Part shown: positions 63,501-64,000 of the stretch, piece after piece
Position numbering within the stretch: the stretch's first letter is position 1
Layout of the letters: the number at the start of each line of letters is the position of its first letter
Origin: Squalus acanthias
Taxonomy: Eukaryota
Assembly (NCBI GenBank): GCA_030390025.1
Contig: JASTWF010000033.1
Span: 3,660,001-3,724,000, forward strand
Direction: 5' to 3'
DNA: 64,000 bases
Notes under the pieces: model-generated
Told to the model about the DNA's origin: nothing
What the model saw: only the letters and a program-made list of their open reading frames with translations
Databases searched by the model: none
Translations under genes and position numbers: made by a program

Positions 63501-64000
63501 GGGGGTGTGACCTGTACTGGGGGTGTGACCAGTCCCGGGGGGGTGACCAGTCCCGGGGGTTTGAATAGTCCTGGGGGTTTGACCAGTCCCGGGTGTTTGA
63601 CCTGTCCAGCGGGTTTGACCAGCGCGGAAGTTGTTACCAGTCCTGGGGGTTTTGTCCTGTCCCAGGTGTTTGACCGGTCGCGGGGGTTTGACCTGTCCCT
63701 GGGGGTTTGACCAGTCCCCGGGGTTTGAACGGTCCAGGGTTAGACCGGTTCCCATGGGGTTTTGACCAGTCCCGGGGTTTTGACCGGAATCGCCGGGGTG
63801 TGACCTTCCCGGGGTTTGACCAGTCCCCAGGGGTTTTGGAACGGTCCAGGGTGTTTTGACTGGTCCCATGGGTTTGACCATTCCCGGGGTATTGACCGGT
63901 CCCGGGGGTGTGACCTTCCCGGGGTGTGACCTGTCCCGGTGGTTAGAACAGTCCCGCAGGGTTTTGACAGTCCCTGGGGTTTGTCGTTCCGGGCTTTGTC
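45590..64000. repeat. 18-bp satellite (TTTGACC(A/G/T)GTCCCGGGGG)n, about 1000 units, runs off the window end
   Basis: Directly visible periodicity over 18.4 kb, with higher-order duplications. Confidence 0.98.

Noticed and set aside
45410..63881. Collagen/mucin-like ORFs (PPGLVK, PGTGQT, TSPGGL repeats)
   Set aside because: The 18-bp unit is open in most frames on both strands, and frequent 1-bp indels switch frames. These are translation artefacts of a satellite.

Overview
Vertebrate repeat-derived DNA with no supportable host protein-coding exon. The host is most likely a cartilaginous fish, inferred from CR1 LINEs with elasmobranch HER1/HE1-type 3' tails. Bases 1-45,250 are a nest of retroelements: many CR1 copies (two full-length), a 5'-truncated Tx1-clade LINE, an unclassified satellite-bearing insertion and a Penelope-like remnant. 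The centrepiece is a complete but mutated provirus on the minus strand (15,892-33,371). It has two ~1.67-kb LTRs, a 4-bp TSD, a tRNA-Arg(UCG)-type PBS overlapping the gag start and an in-frame UGA-CUA gag-pol junction. Pol reads PR, RT(YVDD), degenerate RNase H, a second RNase H and IN. The Env looks like a paramyxo/pneumovirus F-type fusogen with a possible Ig-like domain in front. This layout fits the lokiretrovirus lineage better than a classical ERV or an env-less Ty3/gypsy element (inference, no database search run). A short promoter-like island (45,280-45,530) precedes an 18-bp G-rich satellite that fills 45,590-64,000 and produces all the collagen-like ORFs there.
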